From: a virus
Lineage: Duplodnaviria > Caudoviricetes
Direction: 5' to 3' (one strand)
Virus record (IMG/VR): IMGVR_UViG_3300031857_000325
Span: 1 to 48,066 of that record
DNA: 48,066 nt
Both the position numbers and the translations under genes were made by a program. How positions within the stretch are numbered: the stretch's first letter is position 1; the number at the start of each line of letters is the position of its first letter. The notes beneath the pieces were generated by a model. The model did not search any database and was not told where the DNA came from. It was given only the letters and a program-made list of their open reading frames with translations. Shown here one piece after another: positions 9,801 to 20,300 of this stretch.

Positions 9801-12716
9801 ATTGGAGAAACAAATGCTTGTGCCACTCCAGAAAGAGAACAAGATATACAAGTTGTTTCTTATTATGGAAGTATAAAAAATATTATTCCTAATCAATGGG
9901 GTCAAATCTATTCTTATGAAACAATTGACACAGGATTTCAATTGATATTTAATCAATTTAATCCTGAATCAGTTACAGTGTTTGGAGGAGATACATTTAT
10001 TGGTAAATTTGCATTTAAAACAAAGGTGCCTTTCTTTATTGAAAATAGAGTGAATGCTCCTGATGACAGTGATGTATTCTATGATCAATTAGGAAACATT
10101 GCCTATCCAAAATATTGGCATTCAGCAAGAAGTGTATTATCAAATGCTACAGGAGCAAATACACAATTAGTAAACTTTATTTCATATAAAGCAAATAACT
10201 TTGATTGTCCTAATGATACAAGACAATATACAGATTCAAATTCTCCTAGTGAATTAACATATTACGATGGGTATTTTTATATGTTTACATATGGAGTGCC
10301 AAGTTTCTATTGTGAGAGTTCTTACAATTTAGATCTTCGTCAAGCATTCAATAATAGAGAAGGTGATTTCTGGCCACATGTATCAACAGGTATTCCTGAT
10401 GATTGGGTACAACAATCATTTGTTCCTATTGAGCAAGACAATACATATTATTATAATGTAACATTCTCTAAACAAAATAAAGAAAATGTATTTACACATC
10501 TACCTTCTGATTGGAATGCTATTTGTTCCACTTTCTTTCCATTTAGAACAATATATTCAGAAAGACAAACAGTAGATGCTGATAATAGAATAAACAATTG
10601 GTTAATATATAAAGCACTATCTTATTATGATTTTCCTCAAAACTACGGAAACTTAGTTTCATTAGATGGTATTCAGAATAGAGCTATTCTTGCTAGATTT
10701 GAGAATAAGACATTAATGTACAATAGTTTATTAACAATTGATACAAGTAATCCGTTAGCTGCATATGTAGGTAACCCTAGAATGTTTGAGAATCCTCCAA
10801 TTGATTTTGCTGAAACTGATCTCGGCTATGTAGGAACACAGAACAAAATGTTATTAAAAATTCCTCAAGGACAAATAACTGTAGATGCTAAACGTGGACA
10901 AATATTTCTTATATCAGGAACACAAGCTGTAGATTTAACAGCATTTGGTTCTGGCGTGAATAGATTTATGACAGACAATCTTTCATTCCAAATACTTAGA
11001 CAATTTCCAAATATCCCTATTGATAATCATTTTAATGGAATAGGATTACATGGAATATTTGATAGTAAGTTTGATAGAGTTATTATAACAAAACTTGATT
11101 ATTTAGCAATAGATAATGATGTTAAATATGATGCTGAGTTAAATGAATTTTACATTGAGAATAAAGTGAACAATAGTGTTATAAGAACACAAGTTTTTTT
11201 AGATGACACTGATTTCTTTTGTAATAAGTCTTGGACAATGTCATTTAATTTTAACACTAAATCTTGGGTGAGTTTCCATAGTTATCTACCAAACTTTTAT
11301 GTAGGAGAAAATAATTTCTTCTATTCAGGACTTAATGGATGTTGTGATAGTGTAGATGGAGAAGCTACATTTACAGCTTTAGTTGGACAAATAGACAGAG
11401 AACCTGTAACTACCACTACAACATCAACAGGAGCACCTATACCATTAGCAACCACTACAACAACAACTACAGTTATAGATTGTGATTTAGATGGAACAAT
11501 CATTGAAATATTCTGTAATGTAGAAGGAGAAGCAGTTGTTACAGTGCCTCCTACACCAACAACAACAATATGTCAAAGACCTGCAGAAGTTCAAGGATAT
11601 AATTTTATAACTGGTTATATAGATTTAGATTCTAATACAATTGACACTACAATTAATCTAGAACAAGCTTGTTCTGGAGTTGGATTATTTAATAATGAAA
11701 GTGTAACATTTGAATTTACATCAATTGAAGTTAGTGTTATTTCTTTAGAAGTTGGTCAAACTGTTTATGAAAATATATTTGACACTAGTTGTAATGTAAT
11801 ACCTGATGGTTGGTATTATACAGACGAAAGTGCTTTTGATGAAAAAGTTTATTACGTTGAAAATGGTGTTATTGTAGAAATTGCAGAATGTGATTGTAGC
11901 ACTGTGACAACAACTACCACTATTCAACCTATTATAGAAGAATGTTGTGATGTAGTGGTTAATACCACCGATGAACTATATGTTCTTAAGAGTGATGGAA
12001 CATTAATAGAATTAAATGTTCCTGAATATACATCTTCTAAAGGAGTGGCTATTAATAACACATTATTATGGTCTATAACTAATACAGAAGTTAAAGAGTG
12101 GAACATTACATTGAATCCATTCACTTCTATATTTAATAGAACTATATCTCTTCCTTTAGGGTTTTCAATAAACTCTGGAATAGTGGCATTAAATCCAAAT
12201 ACATTAATTGCAATTACAGATTCTGCTTCTCCACAAGATGTTGTAGAAATTGACATCACTGGAACATCTGCTGTAGTTACAACAATGTTTACATTACAAG
12301 CAGATAGAGAAGCAACTAGTAATATTTTATACACTGTAGATGGCAAGTTAATAGTTGTAAATCAAGATGTAATTACGTCAGATTATTACATAACACAATA
12401 TGACTATTTAACCACTACATTAGAATATGACATACTTATTGATAATGTTTCTGGAATAGTTTTATATGAATGTGATTGTAATATTTATTTAATTGATAAA
12501 CCAGGTAATGTATACATGATATCAAACTATGGAGTTTTTGAATTAATATATATTGCTAATGTAAGTTTAGCTGTTGTTTCAGGAAGTCAAATTATGGATT
12601 GTGCTACAATATCATTAAGTAACACTCCTCCAACAACTACAACAACTAGTTCATCTTCTACCACTACATCTACAACAACAATATCACCAACAACAACTAC
12701 TACCACCACTTTATAA
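6822..12716 (+). CDS. Tail stabilisation (muzzle; P22 gp10-like) protein with Cys/Thr-rich C-terminal extension
   Basis: N-terminal GLNMD...YALNA, IYWTDG, GTYQFAIQY, GYLRDEIYPF and WVSFHSYLP motifs as I recall them from crAss-like stabilisation proteins; 1964 aa; position after the tubular gene. Confidence 0.7.
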   Translation: MAEETQQGNIRQEFNSANVGLNMDQTLNQIKPGTLTYALNATVENFDASSVNYQNEPGNELCISFPNGFSLIGSHFIQEKNKQIFFLVNSSTGESEIGQMINNDCVYRKIVNANCLNFNINYPIHKVVHRITNCSTEIYWTDGLNVRRYLDIDNVPYITEIVPNSCDTFTLDELDCNKIKVQPNFNIPQLEVIDVVSGGDLIAGTYQFAIQYSDAESNAYTSYHSVTNPCPIADPDFTTVNFNYPVGKSVVINISNLDVTGTFRYFNLAVIKTINNITSVQLIGTYNIDNSTKQITYTGQNKSSEDLSINDIFQKYPYYDVAQDVTVVQDILVWDQLTTIDRVNYQQIANQISLQWETWRIPATENYADELNATNLRGYLRDEIYPFEIVFLLKNGKQTDGFHIPGREKNSNEIFQPDIPFTDPDFIGTPDPLTLSSPYWKIYNTASVLGLDPNFSNDSNYKGPYQYGDFAYWESLEEYPCNKEVWGDLAGTPIRHHKFPDVLVSPFYESTTPQIVSDRYQVQYQTSNAIYPIGVKVDIDQLKTLIANSNLSKEEKADIVGFKIVRGDRSTNRSIVAKGMLRNVGSYERKQETFYYPNYPYNDLNEDPFLGATNNAFQDVCQSFDIVVRKLNKEDELGPYIEIKYTDCNTNKPITEKIRRLYLDDDPYRVCSITKPTFLGEGVFDKIEQQRGRRGPIAYGYAPYQINPNSGAGNYVPEDKKCTAYSRYSNYDIWIVAAENGRAGMAACWNDAVEGNIEGPWLSSGRGLRIYVREGTSPTLCRGNRKNFEFIGEVRVEDCEIFTPLPPLSPSLANRQIFNSPETSFGQPFLGDVLKLENVMFGAGRAHFVEVRNNAKYRLLSKEAQQVALNSSSNIAGGDIVALFAAYQAYLTIYVNGITRKNYAYSFNSIASYSHSSEINNNLGIKQRTLDIKRYLIPGVQNVGDNNNINNFNRETSVYIKTDEDKPFLPFPSKTNSLMYLGNSLIEDYSRFTIGETNACATPEREQDIQVVSYYGSIKNIIPNQWGQIYSYETIDTGFQLIFNQFNPESVTVFGGDTFIGKFAFKTKVPFFIENRVNAPDDSDVFYDQLGNIAYPKYWHSARSVLSNATGANTQLVNFISYKANNFDCPNDTRQYTDSNSPSELTYYDGYFYMFTYGVPSFYCESSYNLDLRQAFNNREGDFWPHVSTGIPDDWVQQSFVPIEQDNTYYYNVTFSKQNKENVFTHLPSDWNAICSTFFPFRTIYSERQTVDADNRINNWLIYKALSYYDFPQNYGNLVSLDGIQNRAILARFENKTLMYNSLLTIDTSNPLAAYVGNPRMFENPPIDFAETDLGYVGTQNKMLLKIPQGQITVDAKRGQIFLISGTQAVDLTAFGSGVNRFMTDNLSFQILRQFPNIPIDNHFNGIGLHGIFDSKFDRVIITKLDYLAIDNDVKYDAELNEFYIENKVNNSVIRTQVFLDDTDFFCNKSWTMSFNFNTKSWVSFHSYLPNFYVGENNFFYSGLNGCCDSVDGEATFTALVGQIDREPVTTTTTSTGAPIPLATTTTTTTVIDCDLDGTIIEIFCNVEGEAVVTVPPTPTTTICQRPAEVQGYNFITGYIDLDSNTIDTTINLEQACSGVGLFNNESVTFEFTSIEVSVISLEVGQTVYENIFDTSCNVIPDGWYYTDESAFDEKVYYVENGVIVEIAECDCSTVTTTTTIQPIIEECCDVVVNTTDELYVLKSDGTLIELNVPEYTSSKGVAINNTLLWSITNTEVKEWNITLNPFTSIFNRTISLPLGFSINSGIVALNPNTLIAITDSASPQDVVEIDITGTSAVVTTMFTLQADREATSNILYTVDGKLIVVNQDVITSDYYITQYDYLTTTLEYDILIDNVSGIVLYECDCNIYLIDKPGNVYMISNYGVFELIYIANVSLAVVSGSQIMDCATISLSNTPPTTTTTSSSSTTTSTTTISPTTTTTTTL

Positions 12717-13582
12717 TGGAAAAAGAAATTACAATAAGATTAACACAGACAGGTCCTAATGCAGGACCTTTCAGTGTTGTTGATAATTACGGAAATGTAA
12801 TTGATGAAAATGTTAGTAGAAAAGATTTAATTAAAGGAAGAACATATCTAGTTGATTTTAAAGTTACAGTTATAATTATAAAATCAAACGGTGATTGTAG
12901 TTTTGAAAAAGCTTTTCCTTTAAAAACTATTAATTATATTGATTATCAACAAAGTAAATTTACACAAAGTAAAACAGCATGTTTGTGGAGACACTTAACA
13001 GGCACACGTTTGTATAATCACTTCTATGGAACAATAAATCCATATATAATAGAATATCCATTTGCTTATCAATATCAAGATCAAATTTTACAGAATGTCC
13101 AAGATTATACAAAAGCATATGAATACCTACCTAGTGACACTGGTAGTTTTAATTATAACACAAAAATAGAAACAGACAACAAATGGTTTAACAAAGCTGT
13201 CTTATATAATGGACAACAAAGTTCTGGAATATTAAATCTCATCCCAAAACCATTAAACAATTTACATGCATATTCACAATATCCAAAATACAATACAGAT
13301 AGTAAAGACATTCTTTATACAAAGAATGACAATTTCTATCAATACAATACATTTTGGGCTTTACAAAAATCTTCACAAGTTCCATTATTTTATACATCTT
13401 GTGAATCGCTTTCTATAGATAAAGAAGTGAACCAAGACAATATGGATTATGGAATGAGAAGTTTTAAAAAGGCTCCATTAAGAGCTAAGGAGCTCAAAGT
13501 GAGACACATTCTTGATAACAATAGTGATGTACATTTAGTGTCTCAATTTATATTAACCCCTGCACAAATAAGTTATAAATAA
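12716..13582 (+). CDS. Tail protein, probably the detached C-terminal part of the stabilisation protein
   Basis: TAATG coupling to the upstream gene; LWRH...YNHFYG...PYIIEY segment; first ~70 aa paralogous to 2948..3232. Confidence 0.55.
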   Translation: MEKEITIRLTQTGPNAGPFSVVDNYGNVIDENVSRKDLIKGRTYLVDFKVTVIIIKSNGDCSFEKAFPLKTINYIDYQQSKFTQSKTACLWRHLTGTRLYNHFYGTINPYIIEYPFAYQYQDQILQNVQDYTKAYEYLPSDTGSFNYNTKIETDNKWFNKAVLYNGQQSSGILNLIPKPLNNLHAYSQYPKYNTDSKDILYTKNDNFYQYNTFWALQKSSQVPLFYTSCESLSIDKEVNQDNMDYGMRSFKKAPLRAKELKVRHILDNNSDVHLVSQFILTPAQISYK

Positions 13583-16500
13583 TGAGTGGTAAAGTAAAAT
13601 GCACATGCGGTTGGTCCTGGAACAAATCTGATTCTAGTAAGAAAGACATGTATGTATGTCATGAGTGTGGTAGAGATAATTCTAACAACATGAAAAATGG
13701 TGGATGGTTAGATGGTTATGCTGATGATGTTTCTCAAGCACAGAATGGCATAGAAGGAACAATGGGAGGATTAACAGACAAAGGCTTTAATTATAATGGA
13801 GCTTGGGGAGGACAGTTTGAAGATGGTGGACTTATTCCTATTGCTCAAAAAGGAAAGAAAGTTAAACCTATATACGTAGAGTCAAAAAATGATCCTAGAT
13901 ATAGAGCGTATCAGGACAGTTTAAGTTTATATAATTATGGTAAAACAATCCCAAATAAATTTCCAGATGAAAAGCCTATATCAAAAAAAGATTTTATTAA
14001 AAAAAATAATATTGAAAAAACTTTTAAATATTATGATATAAAAGGAGATGAATTTGAAAAAGATTCAAAATCAAAAAAAAATAAACCTTTAAAAAATTAT
14101 TATAAAGAAAAAGGAATTAGTCCTAATTATAAAGAAAATGTAGAAAAAGCAAAACAAGAAATAATAAATATGAGTTTTGAACCATATTTTAATGATAAAA
14201 AATTATATACAGATGGTAAATATAGAGGAAGTAAACAGTATATAAATGATAAAGATTATAGTCAAATTGAATATGACCCTGTATCTGGGACATCTGTTCA
14301 ACGTATTTATTTAGATGGTAAATTACAAAAAGAATCAGGTGTAGTATCCAGCAATAAAATAAAACCAATTGGTGTTACTTATAGTGCTTACGATAATCCT
14401 TTAGTTTATAATATGATTCAAAGAAATAATGAAAAAGTTGAAAATAAAACTTTTGGATTACATATAAGTCCTTATTATAAAAAGCCAACAACACCTGTAA
14501 TTGTAAATAAAGGTAAATATAATCCAAATGATCCAAGATTATTAGATTTACAAAAAAGATTAGAAAATACTTTACTAAAACCACAACAACCAGTAATAGT
14601 AAAATCTACTACAACTAAACCAAGTACAAAATCTAAACCAAGTACAAAACCGCAACAAAAAGAAGTTAATGTAAAACCACAACTGCAACCAATGGTGGAA
14701 GCTATAAACTTATCACCAATACAAAGTGCACCTGTATCTTTTCCTATACAAGAAATAGATACAACAAAACGTTTTGAAGAACCTAAATCATTTAATGTAT
14801 CTTCTCAAAGATATAACATGCAAGGACCAAGTGATTATTATAATTATAACCAAGAAGGTGTTGATTATGAAACAGCTATGAGAGTACAACGAGCTACTGA
14901 AGCATACAATAAATATATAGAAGAAAAATATGGAAATCCAGAAGCTTTAAAAAATCCTAAAGCTGCAGAGAGATTAAAACAATTAAGACAAGATGTACAA
15001 ATTACACCTCAATATCAAATGGGTGGATATGTATATCCAGTTAATTATGTTCCTCAAGCACAAGATGGTTTCACTTCATTTATGTCTAATTTAGGAGATA
15101 ATATTGTAGAATTTTTCTCTGATGAAAAAGAAGAAAAAATTAAACCAATTAAAAAAACATCAGTTAAAAAATCTGGAAATAAAGATAATACTAGAACACT
15201 TAATATAGTTGATCCAAGAAAAAAATTAGCAACTACTAATCAACCTCTTAGACCTAATTCTGATTTAGTTGGAGGTAAATACAGTTCTAAACATTTAGAT
15301 AGATTGATACAAGAAGCTAAAAGACAAGGAATGTCTAAACAGGATATTATGAATCTTAGTGCTATGGGATTTCAAGAAACTAAGTGGGGAAAAACTGATG
15401 GTAACATTGGTCATGTTATGGGTGATTGGGGAGGAGATGATGACTATCAACTATTTATTAATGCATATAATGCAAAAATGAAAGAGGCTGATAGACTTGG
15501 TATTACAGATCCAGCTATGCGTTTACAAGTGTATAATGGTCTTGGAACCATCACTCCTAGTACAGAAAAAGATTATCACGGTTTTGAAATGCAAAAGATA
15601 TATGGCGTTCCTATTCCTAAAGGAGGAATAAGTATGAAAAAAAATCCTTTGTATGGAAAACAGGTTATGGATATTAGAGATAATGTCTTAGCAAAGAATC
15701 CAGAATATATAAAATACATGGATAGTATTTATAAAGCACCTCTTAAGAAAAAAGCAATGGGTGGTTCTATTCCAGGAGCTGTAGGATTTACATATGCACG
15801 TACAAAGGGTATTCCATCTGAAGGACCATATGCAAAGAAAACTATGCCTAGTGCACAAGAAGGAAGAACTATTACAATAGATGAAGGAGATGGAAAGAAA
15901 AGAAAAATATTAACAGATTCTTCTGAATATGCTAAACTATATAATGAAGGAAGAATAGGTGTACAAAACGATGATGAAAGTATTTCTTTCAATCCACTTA
16001 ATGAAGTGGTTGTCACTCCTTATGATAAACAATTTCCATATTATCAACAACTAACTCCAAGTGAACAAAAATATTTAAGAGAAAATTTAAATTCAAATGA
16101 CCCAATAACAAGACAGTTAAAAGCAAGAGCTACAGATGGTAGAGGATTTGATGCAGATAAAGCAACAGATTTTGCAATGGGTTGGTTGAGAGATCTTCCT
16201 TTAGCTTCTTTACAAGCTCCTCAATCTGCGTTAGTAGAAGGGGTGGAAGCTCTTAGAGGAAATGACTATAATTTTTTAGACGCAATTACTCCAGGAGAAC
16301 AAAGACGTCCTTCTGATGTTTGGGGTATAGAAAATGATTATTATGGTATTAATCCACTTAATCCAATGTTACCTCCTGTAAATTATAAAACAGTTGGAAA
16401 TACAGCAATGGATATTGTAACAGATCCTTTATTAATAGAAGGACTTGCTAGACAACCTTTACAACAAGGATTAAATAAAGCAGGAAAAGCTTTAGGAACA

Positions 16501-17364
16501 GAATCAGGTTTATTATCTAATACTTATAAATTAAATCCTTTTGCAAATAAAAAAGTTCCTATGAATAAATTATTTCATGGAAGTGACAATCCTAATTTAT
16601 TATTAGATGATATAAAATTTACTGAACCTAATCCAAATGTAGGCTCAAGACCAGGTCAATTTAAAAGAAGAGCTATTGAATCAGGTGACCCATTAGAAAT
16701 GCCTGGAGGATTTTATACTAATGACCGTTCTATACCTAAATTTATGGGTAATGCTCCTTATAGATATAGTATGGAAATCCCTGCAAATTCTAAAGTATTT
16801 AAATGGGAAAGTGGTGTTTCTGATAATATTTCTGTAAAAAAATTACAAGAATTAAAAAATAAAGGTTATGATGTAATTGAAGGAAAAAATATATTAGGAG
16901 AAACAGAGCATATTCCTTTAAATAAAGATTTAATAAGTAATTGGAAAATGCATCAAAAAGGAGCACCTGAATTAGAATTGTTAAAAGATTCAAATTTTGA
17001 AACAATAACACCACATTGGTTGAAAGGATATAAAAAAATTCCTAAACAAGAAGATGGAGGAGTGATAAAAGATGATCTTGGACAATGGAAACACCCAGGA
17101 GAAATAACAGAAATCAATTCTCCATATATAACAATGAAAGGAGTACCTTATCCTGTACTTGGAATATCAGATACAGGAGATACACAGATGATGTATCCAG
17201 AAGAAGAATATGAATTTGATGGTACAAAGGTGACAGAGTTTCCTATGGCTAAAAACGGATTAAGACAAGAACAAAAAGGTTTGGTTAATTTAGACAATCT
17301 ACTTAACTTTACAAACTATAATACAAAACAACCTGGCGGATGGCTAGATAAATATTCTAAATAA
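13582..17364 (+). CDS. Modular putative ejection/cargo protein (Zn-ribbon, lysozyme-like and ART-like modules)
   Basis: CTC...CHEC N-terminus; repeated xxxGG/AQxG linkers; QETKWG...YNG module; LFHG...GFYT...ETE module. Confidence 0.6.
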   Translation: MSGKVKCTCGWSWNKSDSSKKDMYVCHECGRDNSNNMKNGGWLDGYADDVSQAQNGIEGTMGGLTDKGFNYNGAWGGQFEDGGLIPIAQKGKKVKPIYVESKNDPRYRAYQDSLSLYNYGKTIPNKFPDEKPISKKDFIKKNNIEKTFKYYDIKGDEFEKDSKSKKNKPLKNYYKEKGISPNYKENVEKAKQEIINMSFEPYFNDKKLYTDGKYRGSKQYINDKDYSQIEYDPVSGTSVQRIYLDGKLQKESGVVSSNKIKPIGVTYSAYDNPLVYNMIQRNNEKVENKTFGLHISPYYKKPTTPVIVNKGKYNPNDPRLLDLQKRLENTLLKPQQPVIVKSTTTKPSTKSKPSTKPQQKEVNVKPQLQPMVEAINLSPIQSAPVSFPIQEIDTTKRFEEPKSFNVSSQRYNMQGPSDYYNYNQEGVDYETAMRVQRATEAYNKYIEEKYGNPEALKNPKAAERLKQLRQDVQITPQYQMGGYVYPVNYVPQAQDGFTSFMSNLGDNIVEFFSDEKEEKIKPIKKTSVKKSGNKDNTRTLNIVDPRKKLATTNQPLRPNSDLVGGKYSSKHLDRLIQEAKRQGMSKQDIMNLSAMGFQETKWGKTDGNIGHVMGDWGGDDDYQLFINAYNAKMKEADRLGITDPAMRLQVYNGLGTITPSTEKDYHGFEMQKIYGVPIPKGGISMKKNPLYGKQVMDIRDNVLAKNPEYIKYMDSIYKAPLKKKAMGGSIPGAVGFTYARTKGIPSEGPYAKKTMPSAQEGRTITIDEGDGKKRKILTDSSEYAKLYNEGRIGVQNDDESISFNPLNEVVVTPYDKQFPYYQQLTPSEQKYLRENLNSNDPITRQLKARATDGRGFDADKATDFAMGWLRDLPLASLQAPQSALVEGVEALRGNDYNFLDAITPGEQRRPSDVWGIENDYYGINPLNPMLPPVNYKTVGNTAMDIVTDPLLIEGLARQPLQQGLNKAGKALGTESGLLSNTYKLNPFANKKVPMNKLFHGSDNPNLLLDDIKFTEPNPNVGSRPGQFKRRAIESGDPLEMPGGFYTNDRSIPKFMGNAPYRYSMEIPANSKVFKWESGVSDNISVKKLQELKNKGYDVIEGKNILGETEHIPLNKDLISNWKMHQKGAPELELLKDSNFETITPHWLKGYKKIPKQEDGGVIKDDLGQWKHPGEITEINSPYITMKGVPYPVLGISDTGDTQMMYPEEEYEFDGTKVTEFPMAKNGLRQEQKGLVNLDNLLNFTNYNTKQPGGWLDKYSK

Positions 17365-17371
17365 AAATATT

Positions 17372-20300
17372 ATGAAAGATCAATTTTTAAAAATAGCTGG
17401 AGTTAAAACAGAAGCAGCTTTTTACAAAAAATATAAAACTGAAAAAGATTTTTTTTCTGCTCATCCAGAAGCCAAGAAAATGGTGAAGAAAGCACAAGCT
17501 GGAACAATTATGTCTGGAATGAGTTCTTATTTGCAAGGAATGCAAGGAGCTCAGAATATTCCTAATATGCAAAATGTTATACAAGGACAAATGCAATCTC
17601 CTGGTGTAAATGCTGGAATGTTTCAATCTTCTCCTCCTGATTATAATCAGATGTACATGAACATGTCTACAAAAGATGAACAGTTAAAACAACCTCAAAG
17701 TGGTGGAGTTGCTAAAGGACTAGAATCTCTTCCAGGTTTAGGTGGAGATTTGGTTAAAGGATATAATAATTTAAGAGCAGGAAGAAGAGCTAAGAAAGAA
17801 GCACAGAAATGGGCAGCTGTTTCAGATGTTCAAGCTAGAGCAGCTGAAACTGAAGATATTGATGACTACAGACAATATGCTGAGAGTGCAGACAGAAGAA
17901 GAAATGCTATGATGCCTGTTACAACAGGTGAAGAATTTTTTCCTGTATATGGTGTAGGAACAAATGTTCTTGCAAGAAATGGTGCTAGATTACAATATGG
18001 TGGAATGGTTGGTGGTAATCCAACAGAAATACAAAATACATACACTCCAGGTACATTATATGATGATCTTGGATATGAACCATTAGATGATTCAAATCAA
18101 GTTAAACAGTTTGCTTATGGAGGAGGTATTCCTGTAGCACAAAATGGTTTTTCTAATTGGATGAATACAATGGGAGGAGGAGGAAGTGGTTTTTCTGGTG
18201 CTGCAGGTGCTAGTGGTGGAGGAACTCCTTGGGGAATGATTGGTGGAATGGGAAGTAATCTTGCTGGTAGCATTGTTGGAAAAGATGGTGGTAGTCAAAT
18301 TGGTGGTACAATTGGTGGAGCTGCTGGTAGTATGTTTGGACCTGCTGGTCAAGCTATTGGTCAAATTGCAGGAACAGCTATAGGAGGATTATTAGATACA
18401 AATGATAGAGATCAAAGAAAAGCAGAAGCTAAAATTAGAAATAATCAAAACAGAATGATGGCTGCTCAATATAGAGGAAATCTTCAAAGTCAATTTAGTG
18501 GATATATGGAAGATGGTGGAAATGTAAATCCACAAATTATTTCTCAATTTGGTGGAAACAATCTTATGTCACTTCTTGCTCCTCCTAATGATGCAGATAT
18601 GTTAAGAGCTGGTGGGCACATAAGAGGAAGATATGTTGAACCTAATGAGTCAGGTCTTTCTACAATGGAACAAGGTGGGGATCTTGCTACACATTGGGGA
18701 GGATATGCAGAACCTATGTCTTACAATCCATATCTACCTGATGGTGGAGAAACTGTAATGTTCAGAGGACAATCACATGATGAGTCTGATGGAATGGGTA
18801 ATACAGGAATTGGTGTAAGTTATGGAAACACAGATGAGCCAAATGTAGAAGTGGAAAGAGGAGAACCTGCTGTTAAATTAAGAGATGGTGGAACAGGAGA
18901 AGAAAACTTAACAGTGTATGGAAACTTAATGATTCCTAACTATGGAGTGGATATACTTGGAGATAAAAAAGCAAAAGGTAAAAAATTCAAGAGTTATATT
19001 GCTGGTATATCAAAGATGGAAGATAAACAAAATAAACTAGTTGAGAAATCAACAGATGAATTAGATGCACTAGATATAAAAACTCCTTTTGATAAACTAA
19101 AACTTTCTTCTTTACAAGCAAACATTCTTGGAGGAAATATGAAATTAAAAGATGTAGCTGATAAAAAAATAAAAGCTGCTGATATTCAAAATGCAATTAA
19201 CGAAACAGCTGAAGAATATTCTTTAGTTGCAGATGATCTTGCAAAAGGTAAAATTAAAATAGATAAGAAAGCTATGAATATGAGAGAAGCAATGTTTGGA
19301 ACAAAACTAACAAAAGCTCAGGATGGTGTAACAGAATCTGCTAAAGCTTCTACGCTTGATCCTAAAAAAGCTGAAGAAATTAAAGAGTTATATAGAGAAG
19401 CTAAAGCTAAAGGAATAAAAAGTAAAGAAGCTTTAGCATTGCAACAAAAGTTTCATGAATATTTTCCTGACGTAGCAAAAGAAATAATTTTAGGTAATCC
19501 TGAAATTACAGGAAAAGCAAGAAAAATGGGTTATAAAAATATTGCTGATTTATCTAAAGCTGACAGAAATATAATTTTAAATACCAATGTAGATGAATAT
19601 ATGGGTCCTAGAACAGAACAATATATGGCTGCTCTAGCTAGACTTGAAAGACCTAGATCTGCAGATTTAACTGCTCCTACTGTTACATCTGATAAAAAAG
19701 ATGATGTTAAAACAGAAGAAAATAAATTTGAAATAATCAAGAACAAGAAAAATCCTTGGATAAACTTAGGTTATCAAACTCTTAAAGGAATATTAGACAG
19801 ACCATATGAAGAAGAATTAAGTCCTGATCAATTGATGGGAGAATACTATGCTATGTCTGCAAATCAAGTGGAACCTGTACAAGCCACTCCATATAGTCCT
19901 CAATTAAGAGTGCCTTATGATATTTCATTACAAGATCAAATAAATCAAATAACATCTGATCAAAGAGCTACACAAAAAATGATGGGATATAATCCAGCTG
20001 CTCAAGCAATGGTTGCTTCACAAGCATATGATGCAAAATCAAAAGTGTTAGCTGACCAATTCAGAGCTAATCAAGCTATGAAGGATCAAGTGTATTCTGG
20101 AAACATTGCAACATTAAATGATGCAGAGCTTAAAAACTTAGCTATCTACGATCAACAATACACAAGACAAGAACAAGCTAAGAGTAATACAAAAGCTATT
20201 GCACAAGCTGCTTTAAGTTCTATTGGAGATAAACTTGCTAAACACAAAGCAGATGTTAGAGAATACAATGTTTATAAAACATTATTCCCACAATATGGAT

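Noticed and set aside
14615-14651. Short tandem repeat AAACCAAGTACAAAA (KPSTK twice)
   Set aside because: An ordinary low-complexity linker duplication with no further structure.
19430-19620. Peptidoglycan-binding-like motif (ALQQKF...VDEYMGPRT)
   Set aside because: The key Gly of the VDGxxGxxT pattern is missing and the spacing is long; too weak to call.
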